Source: Bigelowiella natans CCMP2755 (Eukaryota; Protista; Cercozoa). From it: DNA of 64,000 bases. The stretch is from positions 42,979-106,978 of the forward strand of contig ADNK01003270.1 in the NCBI GenBank assembly GCA_000320545.1, written 5' to 3'. Shown in pieces: positions 1-14,059 of this stretch. Position 1 is the stretch's first letter. Each line of letters starts with the position of its first letter. Below the pieces are notes generated by a model that was not told the DNA's origin, did not search any database, and saw only the letters and a program-made list of their open reading frames with translations. Both the position numbers and the translations under genes were made by a program.

Positions 1-719
1 CTGAGCGAAGAAATGTTGCTTAGTTTCGATAAGGCAACTCCTTTCAAAATGGGAGCTGGAGCAACGCAGAATCTGAACGCCAACAAGTAATTCTCATCAC
101 AATTGAAGGTATTTTATATCTAAGTAACGTTGGATTTGAGCAGGCAAAAGACCTACGGTTCCACCGGGGGTGGCGATGCAGAATTGGGGACTGTGAACGG
201 GGAAAGGAAGGTAGCACTTTGATACTCTCCTCTTCCCAGCTATGCGCGTGCATGGATGTGCAAGTTTTTGGTCCCTATTTCCGTCTTATTTCCAGGAAAG
301 GATGGTTTCATACTATTATACTCTCTCTTATCGTGAAATGTTTCGTTCTCAGGGATCTGTTGACCGTTTGGAGTTGTTTAAGCGGGTTATCTCAATGAAC
401 GAATCCCAAATCCACAAACTTAGCAAGCCTGAGTACATGATGCTTATTGGAGACTCCTACGATCCGGACAAGCGGAAAAAGTAGTTGCCATTGTTGTTGA
501 AGGCAGCTGGACTTCTTGATTCATGCTTATAATTCAATTTATAGGGAGGCTTACGACGCGTATTTCGAGGCTGAGGGCTATCCAGAAGTGGGAGCTTGGA
601 AATACACGTCAGTCTTTCGCCACGATTATCTGAAACCAAATCATAATTAATATCTTGCAGGTGTTGGTGTTTAGTTCACCCTCCATGTATAAAGTTTACG
701 AAGTACTAATTTATAATTG

Positions 720-750
<31 letters not shown>

Positions 751-2319
751 AAATTTAGGTTTGACCTGACTCTTCTGTACTGCATGGGTGCTGCTCTTGG
801 CATACTATGTGGAGTGACGTTGTATGCACATCCCGGCCTATTCTTGAATTTCGCCATATATTGGCCATTCTGGCTGGAACAGGTATAAAACTGTCAAAGT
901 TTGCTATTGTCCCTTTCTTCTCTTTATTAGCATCATCGCATTGCATAGCATAGGTTTTTGGTTAAATTACTATTCGTTTTTCGCACAATTTCCTGATCTT
1001 CCATATCTGTTTACATTCGTTGCTGGTGTTTTAGGTTATCAAGACCACATTTATGTTGACAGTTGCCTACATCGGTGGATACATCGTTGAGAAGCACAAT
1101 GTTAAGGTTCTGCCTACCTTAGAGTGATATTTGTGAGGGTGGGTGTTAATGTCTGATTATGGCGGAGAATATGAATGCGGTGCGGGTGGGAACATAAAAT
1201 TAATTTGACTGTTTCCAAAATTAAACTTTTTAACCACTAGTAGAGATGGAAATGCGTAAATATCTTTCATCAATCTTTAGTACCATAAGCATTGTGTATC
1301 TCGTAGAATTACAGACTAGTCCCCCCCCCCCCCCCACTGGCTTCTTCTATTATCAGGTTAATTACACAAGAAAGGTACAGCACTTTTGTGCATACCTGAT
1401 CCCCTTGGTGATGCGCTTCTTCATCTCCTCCTCCAAGTTTCAGAAAACGCTGGTATTGACAAATAGTATAACTTTCTACTGCCTCTAATTCTTCTTCACT
1501 GTGACAATCCCTTGCATCGGTCAGGAACATCATGTTATTGTATTGGTTAATACATAATTAAATACCATTTTTTGTGTCAACACATTCCGTTGCGATGACC
1601 TTTAGTTGGAGAGCGTAATCGTGGAATGGTGGGGATACTGGTGGACTATGTTGTCCTTCTTCGTCTTCATATATCCCATTCGGACGCGAGTTAGCTTCAT
1701 CGATCGATGCTTCTCCTCGCTGGACCGCCCTGAAGACCGCCCGAACACTATCTACTGGATTACTACCCAGATCTTCCTCGGATACATTATCATGTCTGTT
1801 TACACTACATTTATGACTTGGTCTGGGCAAATGACGGCAAGGACTCTTATTTTCATTCCTGTTATTATTACCGGTATTGGAGACGGCATTGCCGAGCCAG
1901 TTGGGCGTTCCCTTGGAGGAAAGGTTTTCATCAAGGGCCTTAAATACCAAACTGCAGGACTCGGTTCAAATAAGCTCTACACTCGCAGCTTCGAGGGATC
2001 TTTTGCTGTGTGGATCACGGGCGTAATTGCGATTTTCGCGATGTACGATGTCTTCTTTAGTTGGTACCACGTCGTAATCGCCCTGATCTTAGTTCCTGGA
2101 GCTAGTACCATTGCTGAAGCATATTCTCCTCACACCTGGGACACTCCTTTCTTGTTATCGACTGGGGCCGGAATTTTGTGGGCACAAACATTCATCCCTG
2201 ATAATCTCCATTGGATGCCTGCCCTCATTGTCATCGGCATTCACGCAGTGATAATGTTGGTTATTAGTGTTATTGGGTGGAAGAAGCTCGTTCTCGTTAA
2301 TGAAATGCTGCATCTTTGA
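1..2319 (+). CDS. Multi-pass membrane protein of the cytidylyltransferase / phytol-dolichol kinase-like family (spliced, 5' partial)
   Basis: Exons join at GT-AG sites into one frame with VEKHNVK|VNYTRKVQHF, GIGDGIAEPVG, TRSFEGS and EAYSPHTWDTPFL motifs and many hydrophobic helices. Last exon is ORF 1606..2319. Confidence 0.7.
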
Positions 2320-2599
2320 GAAGCAAGACCGTTTTTTTGGGCAAATTAGTTCATATACATAGTACAGCAGTACTGAAGAGGGTATCACACCGTAGCTGCC
2401 GATATGTATGTGGTATAATGCGGAAGCATAGTATTGCATATAATCACATACACGCAAAGTCATACGCACACTGTACACGCACACAGATAGTAAGTCTAAA
2501 TAAATATGCTGTGTGTATGCATGTCAATTGTATCATACCAGAACGTCTTCTTCAATTATATCGCGTCAGTCCAACTAGCTAGCAGTTGCTTGTAAGTGC

Positions 2600-3360
2600 G
2601 TTGTACTACGACAATGCATTGCATGAGGATGCTTTGTGTGTTTGCAAAGTCTCAAATCACAATGCGTAAGATGTGCTCGCTTCGCTGTTGTTGCATTTTC
2701 TTACATTGTGTGTAATTGTCGCTTCGCCCGCATCGCATATATGCATGGTCTAGTGGTGTATGTTGAATGTGCGTATCGCAGCAAGGTGGAGGCGTGACTT
2801 CTGCAGCTTTGCTGTTCAGCACAGCCATGCAGTCTGCTAGTCAGCTCCAGAGCTGCGCTGCATCGCATGGGCATGCTAGCATGCTGGACATCATCGGACG
2901 TGCTAACTCACCCATGTCTTCCCCTGACAGGAGCAACCAGGGGGAAACCAAGGGTTTGTTTCACGTCACCGTGCACGAGCGCGGACGACTGCAGAGCTGG
3001 CTAGCTGGAGCGCTGGAGCCCAGTGCTCTTTTTTTGTTTGGCTCATGCAATGACAATCAGCTCGCGTCGCGCGTTCCTCTCCACGCTCAAACGCATGATT
3101 CTCGACTGCATCAAAAGCGCACGCAACAAACATGGAGTTTGAGGCGCATGTTATGTTTAGCATGGTGGTTGGGACACAACATGCACAAAAACGCTCGAGC
3201 TCGATGCGATGTGGGAAAACAGATGCCACGGAGCCTGAAGTGAATTTTCACCTGCGACAAGGAATTACGGAAGTCGCTGGATGAAAATGCCATGAGAATC
3301 TGTGCAAACAGAATGGATACGACTCTACTCACAATTCACAGCCGTGCGACGTGCTGTCCT
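2600..3360. other. TpA-depleted intergenic domain
   Basis: Few TA, many CA/TG/CATG/TGCA, several CTAG. Confidence 0.75.
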
Positions 3361-3405
3361 ATCTACGATGCTACCAACACAAGGCACTGCTAGTTCCCTG
3401 GCAGC

Positions 3406-3769
3406 ATGAAAAGGCATACATTGTCGGCATACGTACCGTTGTTGGTAATCGTAGCAGTAGCTTGCTTTTGTTTGGCTACGTCATTATTCGCACACCGTCC
3501 ATGGCTGAGTCTTGACGAATCGGTACAGATCAGATTCATCAACTCTCTTTAGATTGCATTGTTATGAAGCTCATGATGACAGCGATATATTCCATTGCTT
3601 AATGTTAGCTGTGTGATGAGAGAAATGATTGCTAGTGATAATGAGAACGATGATGAAGTTCATAGCTGACTGCCATTTTTCCGGCCCAAGGGGATAGGAA
3701 ATATCTTAGTAGTTGTAGCGTAGTAGTAGTTGTAGGGTAGCAGTAGCGGTAGTTGTCGTCATCGTCATC

Positions 3770-3824
<55 letters not shown>

Positions 3825-4808
3825 CAATGGTAATAACGAGTAGTGGAAGAAATCATTTAGTAGTTACGAGGAGTAGTAAACAGGACGTTTCCTTTATATG
3901 TCAGCAAACCCAACAGCTGCAGCTGAAAATAGACCAAGAGCAGGAAAACCATGCTCTCTTTCACAAATATCGGCGGCTAGGGCGCACGGCTTCGTCGCCA
4001 TCTTTGGCATTATTGTCGTCTTTTCCAACACTGTCATCGTTATCGTCATCATTATCATCATCATCCCCATCATCATCAGTGCTAGGTCTTGTAGATATAG
4101 AGCAGTCGAGCTTATACCACCATCATCATCAACAACAACAACGACAACGTGTTTTGCTTCTTCGCGGAGGTGGGCAAAGTCTCTCCGCGGCGTGTAATAG
4201 AAGCACAGTACTTTCTGGAAGCAATTTCACAACGCTACGCTCATCCCTTGCCACCTGGTGGAACAACTACACGTATCTGGGCGACATCGAGAAGTGGGTG
4301 CCTACACATGCCACCATCTCTAATAGCAGATTAGTCACACACATTGTCCCCATTATTAAACCTTCTGTATCCGCGGTCGTTGTTGTCGTTTGCATCTGAA
4401 TCTATGGCTGTTTGAGAAAGACACCGTTGGTGTCCACCGTGTGTTTCTACTACTACCCTGACAAATAATGGATAATGACTTTTTATAGGTACTTCATGCT
4501 AGCTGGTGATATTGGAGGCACAAACGCCCGCCTTGCAATATACGCTGCCTCAACCGCCAATTTATCAGCAGGGTTGTTTCGCTAATAGTAGTGTGAGAAG
4601 TGCAAACTAGTAGCGGTATTGAAGTGATAATAATTCCTCTCTGACACAAAAGGCACGTCAGCACAGAGGTCTACACCCGGAAATACAAGGTAGTGCTGCT
4701 GAGCAAATGAGAAGTAAAATCATGCAGGGGTAATCCAAATTTATTCAACTTCGGAGGTGAATTATCAACACAGAGCTATACTGTACTTGATACAAACATG
4801 GCAAAAGC

Positions 4809-4844
<36 letters not shown>

Positions 4845-5274
4845 TATCACCATTTCAGGTTCGGAACTTCAACTCATTGGCCGCCGTATTAGCTCAATTC
4901 TTGAAGGATGCTGAAAAGGACCGGGCTATATCATTAAATGAATATCTACAGATTAAGTCACGAAGGTCAATTCTCACTCTGTATTCACAGTAAGAGTAGT
5001 AGTAGCCTCGGTATTTGTAGCAAGTACCGCGTACACTCTTCTTTTGAGCGGTTGTTCTCTTCCTCTCACGCCACGATGCATCGGTTTGCAGCTATCCTAC
5101 GACAGCTTGCTTTGCGGTGGCAGGGCCAGTAGCAAACAATGAAGTTGACTTCACAAACATTGACAACTGGCCTGTCACAAGAGGGGCTGACCTCCAACGC
5201 CAACTCGGTATTCAGAAGGTACGTTCTTTATTTGGATCATACTGATTCAATTTAAAAGATTAGAACCATTGTAA

Positions 5275-5316
<42 letters not shown>

Positions 5317-6067
5317 GTTCAGCTCATCAATGATTTTTCTGCCTTATCCGAGGGGGTAGTGGCAATGGAAGAGCATGGAATGTGCAAGTTCATGGACATT
5401 CAAAAAGGTGCTCCTGCTCCTTTGCATTTTCAATAAATCCTTCGTTGACCTGAGCTTTTCCCCAACCATATTTAAAGTGAGCAATGACAATATTGATGAT
5501 GGTTACTACTTCGGGCAACGACGTTGTTTGTGAAAAGAATAATATTGCTTTGTTTGTGAGAAGAATAATTGATTGGTTTATGAAAAGAACATGTCGCTCC
5601 GATTGCTTCTTCATTCCTTCCATCCACTAATATCTTTGCTGCCATCTACTTACGCTGCTCTCGATTCGTTGTATGGCATTCTAATTCCTTGCACACATTT
5701 GTACTGGGTCTTTACTCATGGTTTGGCCGCATAAACGACATCGGGATCTTCAGGCAGAGATGGGTTCTCTTCCTTCTTCTTCTTCTTCTTCTTCATCTTC
5801 CTCTAAATCATGTTATTATTCGGATGACGAAGATGTAGCATGTTGCTCAATTGATTTCTTTTATTAAGAGCTGCTGCATACATAATTGCCGTAGGTGGAT
5901 GAATGAAAAACGTCACAAATATGCCCCCAAGTTGGTTATCGGTGCGGGGACAGGGCTAGGAGAGTGCTTGTTGATATGGAATGGTAGTGATAAATGTGAT
6001 GACGATGCTGCTAGTCGTGTTAGTTGCGGGTAGTTGAGTAGTAGTAGTAGTAGTATTAGCACTGATG

Positions 6068-6100
<33 letters not shown>

Positions 6101-7142
6101 GGAGGAAGAAGAAGATGTGGTGTGTGGTGGAAATTGCAGAGCTGCAATGAGACTGCCATTAACATGATGACGATAATGAATTGCATCTATATGAGAACAA
6201 TATATATCACTTATGCTTCTATTTTAGGTAGGTTACCATCGTTTTATTGCAAATCTATATCACTATCCTCAAAAACACATCATCATCATCATCATCATCA
6301 TCATCATTATCCCTTTCATTCGTTATTACAAACACATAGAGGCGTTTGAGAACACCCCTTCACGCATCACAACTTCTTATTCTTTATCCCCCCCTCCCCC
6401 CCGTTCTCCTTATGACTTCTCCTCATCTTTCTCCACAACAACGTCATTGCTGTCATCATCAGGAAAGTATTACCAGGCTTGTCCATCAGAAGGTGGTCAC
6501 GTCGATTTCGGGCCAAGGAATGAGGAGCAATCTCATATTCTCGATTATCTGCGGAACAAGTACAATTCTAGCCAAGGGGGCTCTCCTCACGTATCTGTGG
6601 AGAGACTGTGTAGCGGCAAAGGAATCGAAGAGATCTACCGCTACCTTCGCCACCGGTATCCCGAAAACGTGCACCGGGAGTCTGATGCCGAGTTTGATCG
6701 TGCCGTCGAGAAGGCTGTAGTTGTGACTGAGCACGGCAAGAAGTGCTTGCTTTCGGCCAGTAGTAGGGGAATTGGAATCCTCGGTGCTAAATTATTCAGC
6801 AGCAATGGGGGCGATGTCGGTAGCAGTAGCAGGAAGAATGAGAGCCTGTTAATGCAACAGGCCTTGGAGCTATTCGTAGCTATTTACGGTGCCGAGGTTG
6901 GAAATGCAGCTTTGAAGTTTCTTCCGTTTGGGGGGATATATATAGGGGGGGGCATCGCGGCGAACCTCAAGGAGTACCTGCAGCTCTCGCCGACGTTTCT
7001 ATCGTGTATTCGTGACAAGGGGAAAATGGGTCAAATTGTGCGAAAAATGCCAATCAAGCTAATCCTTTCCGATGGAGTCGCTATTCGAGGGGCTGAAACT
7101 GTTGCAAGGCGAAAGTTGCAGGCTTTTCTGGACGATATATAG
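3406..7142 (+). CDS. glk: Glucokinase, bacterial Glk type, with N-terminal signal peptide and long leader (spliced)
   Basis: Motifs AGDIGGTNARL (~4500), FAVAGPV (~5110), INDFSA (~5330), GAGTGLGE (~5940), PSEGGHVDFGP, SVERLCSGKG and GGIYIGGGIA. The first exon at 3406 reads MKRHTLSAYVPLLVIVAVACFCLATSLFA. Confidence 0.9.
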
Positions 7143-7347
7143 CATATATTTTTCGTGCTGCTTGCTTTGACGAAGCTAGCGGCTTTCTTCGAGTATGTTA
7201 TAAATTCGTTCGGCGACTAGGTCTTTGATACTTGTTACTGCGTTTTTAAAAAATTGCGCTTGGCAGGCCTAAGTGTAGCACGCTGTTGACATCACATCTG
7301 CTGCCTGTGCATGTCATTGCATCTACACACGCGCTTGGCTCTGTTCA

Positions 7348-7588
7348 CAGCTCCGTCAAACCCGGTAACGACGGGGTTGTGAACAGTGCAGCGCTTTGCG
7401 ACGCGCTTTGAAGCAGTAGGCGGTTGCAGTTGGTCAAAGAAAAGTCATCAGAACTTGTCCGATGGCCAAACCTCAAAAAATGACCGAAACATTGACCCAA
7501 ATGTCCATTTCCAAGGCCTCAGTGAGCGCGCAAAGTGTGAAAATTCACACCCGTTGTGCAGAGGATGCACGCTGCGCGTTTGTTCTCT
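7348..7588 (+). mobile_element. Truncated copy of the MITE at 44582-45029 (left TIR only)
   Basis: About 240 bp closely similar to 44582-44857, starting CAGCTCCGTCAAACCCGG. It ends just before a captured RRS1 exon fragment. Confidence 0.8.
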
Positions 7589-7595
7589 AACAATA

Positions 7596-7671
7596 TGCTA
7601 TGAAAGAAAAGAAAGAACGTGTGGATCACAATAAAAAACGTCAATTGCAAAACCTCCAAGCTGCATCAGGA
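7596..7671 (+). repeat. 76-bp inverted duplicate of an RRS1 coding exon segment
   Basis: Identical to the reverse complement of 9762-9837, which encodes AMKEKKERVDHNKKRQLQNLQAASG. Confidence 0.95.
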
Positions 7672-8066
7672 AATAGTTTTTCCACAGCAAATGCACTGGT
7701 CATTGTTGGAGCATCATCAATCGCCAGCTAACAATGTGACAACATGACGATGCGCATGGCATCGAGCGAGCATGCATGGCAAGCGGATGACTGTGGCAAG
7801 CACATCCAGCACACATCTGATGATTTCGGCTACGAGAGCATGAAAGAACTCCGCAGCTAACATTAGACTCGGTGTTGACGTGGCAATTAGGCAAATAGGC
7901 ATAGCAGACAGAATAGCTTGCACAGCAATGAGCATCGTAGAATAATGTGAGATGTATGCATCATAGCTTCATTTTAGATAGAGATGAGCAGTAATTTCGT
8001 CCTCACTAGAGATGGATTGACGATCCCCGATTCCTTACAAAACAATGCGATTTCCCTTGCAGCTAT

Positions 8067-8297
8067 TTAAATCATTTGCTTGGATTTCTTTTTCTTCCCT
8101 ACGTTTGATTGGTTGGGAATGTGAATTGAATTACAAAGAATGAGCAAGTGCAAGGCAGCACCGAATCTCCTCTTATATTTGCCTACTCAACTTTGTGTTT
8201 TGCGGAATGGGATTATTGCCCGATGATGGCAGATGTTTGTTCCCCGTGGTAATGTTAGGAAATCGAAACTCATCATACGACATAATATAAATATATA

Positions 8298-8335
<38 letters not shown>

Positions 8336-8829
8336 CATCATCGGTGCTCATACCTGCTTTTCCTTTCTTGGCCCTTTTTTTGGCCTCCTCTTCTTGCTGG
8401 GCGATGTTAATAGCTTTGTTTACATTCACCTTATTACCCCCTGTTCTCCCTACAATCTGTTGTAATCACAAGACCAATCAAACAACACTTAGCAGCGTGT
8501 TTTTCTCGCAAAACCTTTCATATTGATGCATGATGCTGAATATGATGATTACGATTATGATAACGATGATGGCAGTGATTACATGCACACCAACAGGATA
8601 TAGTATATGAGAGCGTGTGTGTGCGTGTGTGTGTGGAAAAAAAAGGCAATGATGTATATTCAAACAATTACATATATCAAGCCGGTGTAACACAATGCCA
8701 CCCTCTTGCTCCCCCCCTCCCCCCATCGTCTTGCAGCACAGTACCTTCTCCATCAGTTTCATTGAGCTAGATTTCTCTGTTTGGAAGTTCTTCTGGAATT
8801 CTGCATCTCTCTGATATAATCAATATATA

Positions 8830-8868
<39 letters not shown>

Positions 8869-9240
8869 CACTAGAATTAGACGACTACTCAGATAATAAC
8901 AGAATCTTATATCCTATGCGTCAGTCTCACAAAAGGAAACACTCTCAATTGGCCTTATTTCTCCCACCATAACCACTACCACCACCACTACCACCACTAC
9001 CACCACATCAGTAGGAGCGAAGCAATACCAACCTTTGCCTTGAGTTTCTTGGACTTTTTGACGGCGGGCTCATCCCTGTTAAGCTTGTCAAACTTACCCA
9101 TCGATGCCGTTGACTTTTGTGAGACTTCTAAAGCGACCTAGTAGTGTGAGCAGAAGAGAGAATAATGGAGAGAATAACGTATAATACCAAGAGTAAGAGA
9201 AGACTATAAGCAGGAAGCTGGCGCTGTAGGTGTATATTTT

Positions 9241-9299
<59 letters not shown>

Positions 9300-11073
9300 T
9301 ACATTGTTTGTGCTGGTACGGCTGCAGTAGGTAACACGCATTCATTACTCGCAAGGAAATAACCCCAATGTTTCTATCTATCTAACTGCGGTATATATTA
9401 TTTTTTCCAATATTAGTAGGCGCCTTCTTAGAAGAACATACATCGACGTGATGCGGTTGGTTTTTCTTTCTTTTCTTCCCCTTCTTCCGGCTGGCAGCTG
9501 CAGCAGCAAGATCGATCGTACCTGCTCAGCACATTTTACAAGTGTCAACTACTACATGATAAACACAAGCAACTCACCAATTCACCAGCAAAACAATCAC
9601 ATGGTGGATTACGCATCGTGCCAAATACGAAGAAAATACGTCACCCTTATGAATGGTTCTCAATATACGGTCATGCCTCTCTCCCCGCTACTGCTATCAC
9701 CCTTTTGCTGCATATCAATATTGTGCGCATCATGATTGTGGAAGTAACCTGGAACTCGGTGTCCTGATGCAGCTTGGAGGTTTTGCAATTGACGTTTTTT
9801 ATTGTGATCCACACGTTCTTTCTTTTCTTTCATAGCACGTTCCCAAGGGTCCATCCCATCGTTTTCCCCTGGCGAGTTGGAGAGAGTGTGTGTTTACGAT
9901 GATGTGGAATACACTTTACCAATTATATCACAGGAAACAACAGCGATAGGTATTTTTCAAAGTCACACCTGCTTTAGCTGGGATAGCCCATGTTTCGTTA
10001 ATATCATTTGCCCTTTGAAACACACCCCACGACGTAAGAAGATTAAAAACATGATATCGACAATAGTGATTGTTGGACTACTTTTTATATCCATATGTCC
10101 GCCGCCACTCCTGCTTCGTTTCGTCAAACACAATCTTATCTTTTTTCCTCTTCTGTATTCCTTTTAATTTCGCAAACTTTTCCCATGTCGTCTGCTCACG
10201 AGGCTTTGGAACCTGTGTGCATTAGTAGTAAAAGTAGTATTTAGGGATCGATATGGTGGTGGTGCATATTGATAGACGTTGGTGGCGGTGAATAATTATA
10301 TTTAACAGATGTGGGGTCATTTTTGAGCCGCATTAAAACAAAATGAGGTTCATATCTGGCCGCATGTTTTTAAAAATGTACTCGTAACACATTACGGCAT
10401 TTACAATAACACGGCTATTATTTCAACACATGTCCAGATGCTTTTATACCTAGTATATGCATATAAATATATACACATTCTGATGTGCGCGTGGGAGTCA
10501 TGACACCATGCGGCAAAAACATGATGATATTGGTAAGTACCGGTTTCTCCCTTGGAAGCTTTGTCGTTGGTGTTGGCAGAGTTGCAACTCGCCCGTTGCC
10601 ATATGGAGGTGGCTCTGTTGGAAGGACAAAAATTCTTCCAATGAGCCCTTGGACGTTTTTCTGAGCACGAAGTCTGATGTCTTCATCTATCGTACTGGAT
10701 AAACAGACAGTGGTATGCATCAGGGCGACATACAATCGTTGGGTATTGGATTCAATTACTCACGTGCTGTCTCTCGGTGTGAAAGCTGCAGTGTCGAGGC
10801 AGACAAGATTGCCTATGTCGTACTCTGGATCTGGTGAATGAAACAAATATCAGTATGTAGATCCCATTCAGCATTGAGGAACTGCTACCAGGGAGGGAAG
10901 CCATTGACACGAACCCTCTTAATATCGCCTATTCGCCGGTGTTTTATAAAACTGGTCTTCTAATCATGTCGTCATTGATTAATCCCCATCAAATTATCTT
11001 CTTAATATTGGGCTGCGTTTTTGCGATCCGAAGAATTAATTCTCATTCCTGTTGCCTTCTCGGCATCTGCCAT
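8067..11073 (-). CDS. RRS1: Ribosome biogenesis regulatory protein RRS1 (spliced)
   Basis: Exons encode EYDIGNLVCLD, LPTPTTKLPREKP|VPKPREQTTWEKFAKLKGIQKRKKDKIVFDE..WRRTYGY and DPWERAMKEKKERV, with a Lys-rich C-terminus. The start codon is tentative. Confidence 0.92.
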
Positions 11074-11273
11074 CTGCAGTGGCGGGAGAGAGTTGTGCAC
11101 TTTCCGCCAAGGCGCCACAATTGGCGTATAAAATGGCAGATCACATAGAGTGTGAGACATGAGATTCGAGCAATCATCCTTTACAAAAAGGAGGTCGAAT
11201 ATCCTACGTCAACGTCAAACATCAGAACGCCAACTTCCTCCCCCCAGAAATTCTGTGGAATCGGAAATTGCTA
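11074..11273. promoter_or_regulatory. Putative bidirectional promoter RRS1/TLK
   Basis: About 200 bp separate the divergent start codons. Confidence 0.55.
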
Positions 11274-14059
11274 ATGGCAAGCATAGGCCCAAGGTCTCAG
11301 ACACCCATACAATTTCCAGGCGATAAAGTCGTCAAGATACCGACCGTTGTCAACGAGAGATTCGAGGCAATAATGGGAGCAGGTGCCAGTTCCCAGGTAC
11401 GTCCATTTTACACTTGCGGCGCCGTCATTGGACATTGAAGTAATAAAATCTAACTGTTCACAGACACAAGTGGGTTTTACAGCACCCCTATTAAGAAGTA
11501 TCTCTCGTGAGAACAGTATTGAGGCTGGAAGGAAAGAACCATCGCAGTCAGACTCCAACTTCAGATCCTGTAGCCCAATAATGAAAAATATTTCCAAGAA
11601 CAAGCGCAAGCCGTTAAACCCCCAGCGATTGGACACAAATTCCACCAAAAGAGCAAGAGTTAGTCCTGCAAAAGGGAAAAGATCAACGGAAAGCTCTACA
11701 TCGTCCGCAGTCGGCTTGAATAGCATTACAAACTACTTCACATCACCCTTCAAGAGAGAATCAGAAACTTCGCGGGATGGACGTACACCTGGGAAGGAAT
11801 TGAAGTCCAACTTGCCTGTCCCTTTGCCACCTCCAAACGTTCCGCCATTAGAAGAAAAGAAATCACTGCTAAGTGAGGAAATGTCTTCTTTGCAGAAGAA
11901 ACTCGACGCAACTGAGGAAAAATTTGCACAGACTCAGGCAGCGTTGCAGCAGGTAGTAGATCGGGTTCTGCTACCTTTCATCCATCATAAATAATTTATC
12001 CCGTAGGCAGAGAAACAGCTAGAAGTTCAGACAAGGACAGAAGACGAGCGCCGAATAAGGGTAGATTTGGAACCAATAGCAGTCATATTCCAGGCTTACA
12101 TTTATTTTCTCTAGGTAGCTGAGGTGTTAATCGGTACTTTAAAAGAACTGGCACTGCATCAAAAGAAAGAAATGCAACGAAAACTTGTTGACGATCGATT
12201 TAGAATTGGGCAAGTAATACCCACTAGTGAGGGTCATGAGATTCATGACATTTGGGAGCCCGGAGAAGACTACAAAATCCTTCGCATGAAGAGAGTACGT
12301 CCTCTTTCTTCTTTTCGTGCCAGTGTGATTTAATTTTCCAACTTGCAGATGGAGATAAAGAGAAGTTTCGAATTCCTCCAGAATTCTCGGAAGGAGCTTC
12401 GACGGAAAAGTAATTATCTTCTCATCTTTAATGCCTCAGTAAACTATAGATTTCGTTTGTAAATACCTGAATAAATGAATTTTAGCAAAATCTGCGAAAG
12501 CTCCTGCGAAAGGCAAGTCAGATAAAAACGACGGGTTTTTAAAACCAGAGCCGGCGATCCCTCTTTCGCACGAAATCTTAGAGCAAACTGAAATCTACAA
12601 CTTACGTTCGCAGAGCTTGAAAAAGGTGTTATTTTGTATCACTCGTCAGGATTCAATAATTCCAACTCACTTTCTATGACAGGAAATGGCGGATCTTCAA
12701 CAAGAAGAAGAGCGCTTGGAAATGAAGAAACAACAAGTAATTAGAATGCAACGGCAAATACAGGACGAGAGGAACTCGAAGTTCAATGACTTTCAGATTC
12801 TCCACGAAAGATATCTACTTCTTCACCTGATGGGAAAAGGAGGTTTCAGTGAAGTCTATAAGGTATTCTATTGTATATCTGATAGGTATGATAGTTACAA
12901 CATTAAAATTGTGTTATTTCAAGGCTTTCGATTTGGAGGAACTAAGATACGTTTGCTGCAAAATTCACCAAATAAACGAGAGCTGGAATACTGCTCAAAA
13001 ACAAAATTATTCAAGACATGCAACAAGGGAATACGAAATTCAGAAGAATCTTCATCATTCACGAATTGTCCAACTCCATGACGTAAGTTGCAAATCTTCT
13101 ATTAGAGTGATCATATTAGATATATCATCCGTTATTCCTGTAGGTTTTCGGTATGACAGCAAGCAGTTTCGTGACTGTACTGGAATTTTGCGACGGCGGC
13201 GATCTTGACCTCCTGCTGAAAAAAAGAAAAATACTCACTGAAAGAGAAGCCAAAAGTATCATCATGCAGGTCTTTAGGTAAATAGTGGTACTTCTTCATG
13301 TAACTTTCTGGTTCACATTTCATACTGAGTGAATATATTTTCAGTGGTCTGCAGTATCTGAACCAGCAAAAACGGAAGATTATACACTATGACCTGAAAC
13401 CAGCAAATATTTTGTTCCATGAAGGGTAATTCTTGCACAAATAATTGTGATTAAAGTTGAACTGATGAGGATCCCGCAGGCAAGTGAAGCTGACGGATTT
13501 CGGGTTGTCAAAGATCATGAACGATAACCCTGGTGGCATTGAGCTGACCTCGCAAGGCGCTGGGACTATGTGGTAAATACTTGCCAGACTAATCTTACCA
13601 ATAATTTCTCATAGTGAATATTGTAGGTACCTTCCCCCAGAATGTTTCGTGCGGAACTCGGTTATCAGCTCTAAGGTAAACAAATTCTGCATCACTGGCG
13701 AAATATTTCTCAAATTTCTTTACAGGTCGATACTTGGTCTGCGGGAGTGGTGTTGTTCCAGATGGTCACGGGTCAGAAGCCATTTGGAAATGGGATGTCC
13801 CAAGAATCGCTTATTAGGAGCGGTACAATGAGAAACGCCAGAAAAGTCGAGTTTCCAGAAAAGATTAAACTGAGCACTTCCACGAAGGTATAACCAACCA
13901 GAAAATCCAACGTTGTGTTCGAGCGCTTCATCATTTTTTTTGCAGGAATTTATCTCTCGATGCTTATCCTATTTTCCGGCGGACCGTCCAGATATTCTCG
14001 AAATATTCTCAGACCCATATTTTCAGTCTTCTCGCAAATCGTCATCATCGCGCTCCTGA
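11274..14059 (+). CDS. TLK: Tousled-like serine/threonine kinase (spliced, short introns)
   Basis: Coiled coils followed by [58 protein letters not shown] and [18 protein letters not shown], which are TLK-typical. Confidence 0.95.

Noticed and set aside
2767-3332. ORFs of 158, 87 and 73 aa in the first spacer
   Set aside because: Same stop-codon depletion artefact; no recognisable product.
7341-7671. Helitron interpretation (terminal hairpin plus captured gene fragment)
   Set aside because: No CTRR end follows the hairpin, and the full-length copy at 44582-45029 has TIRs.
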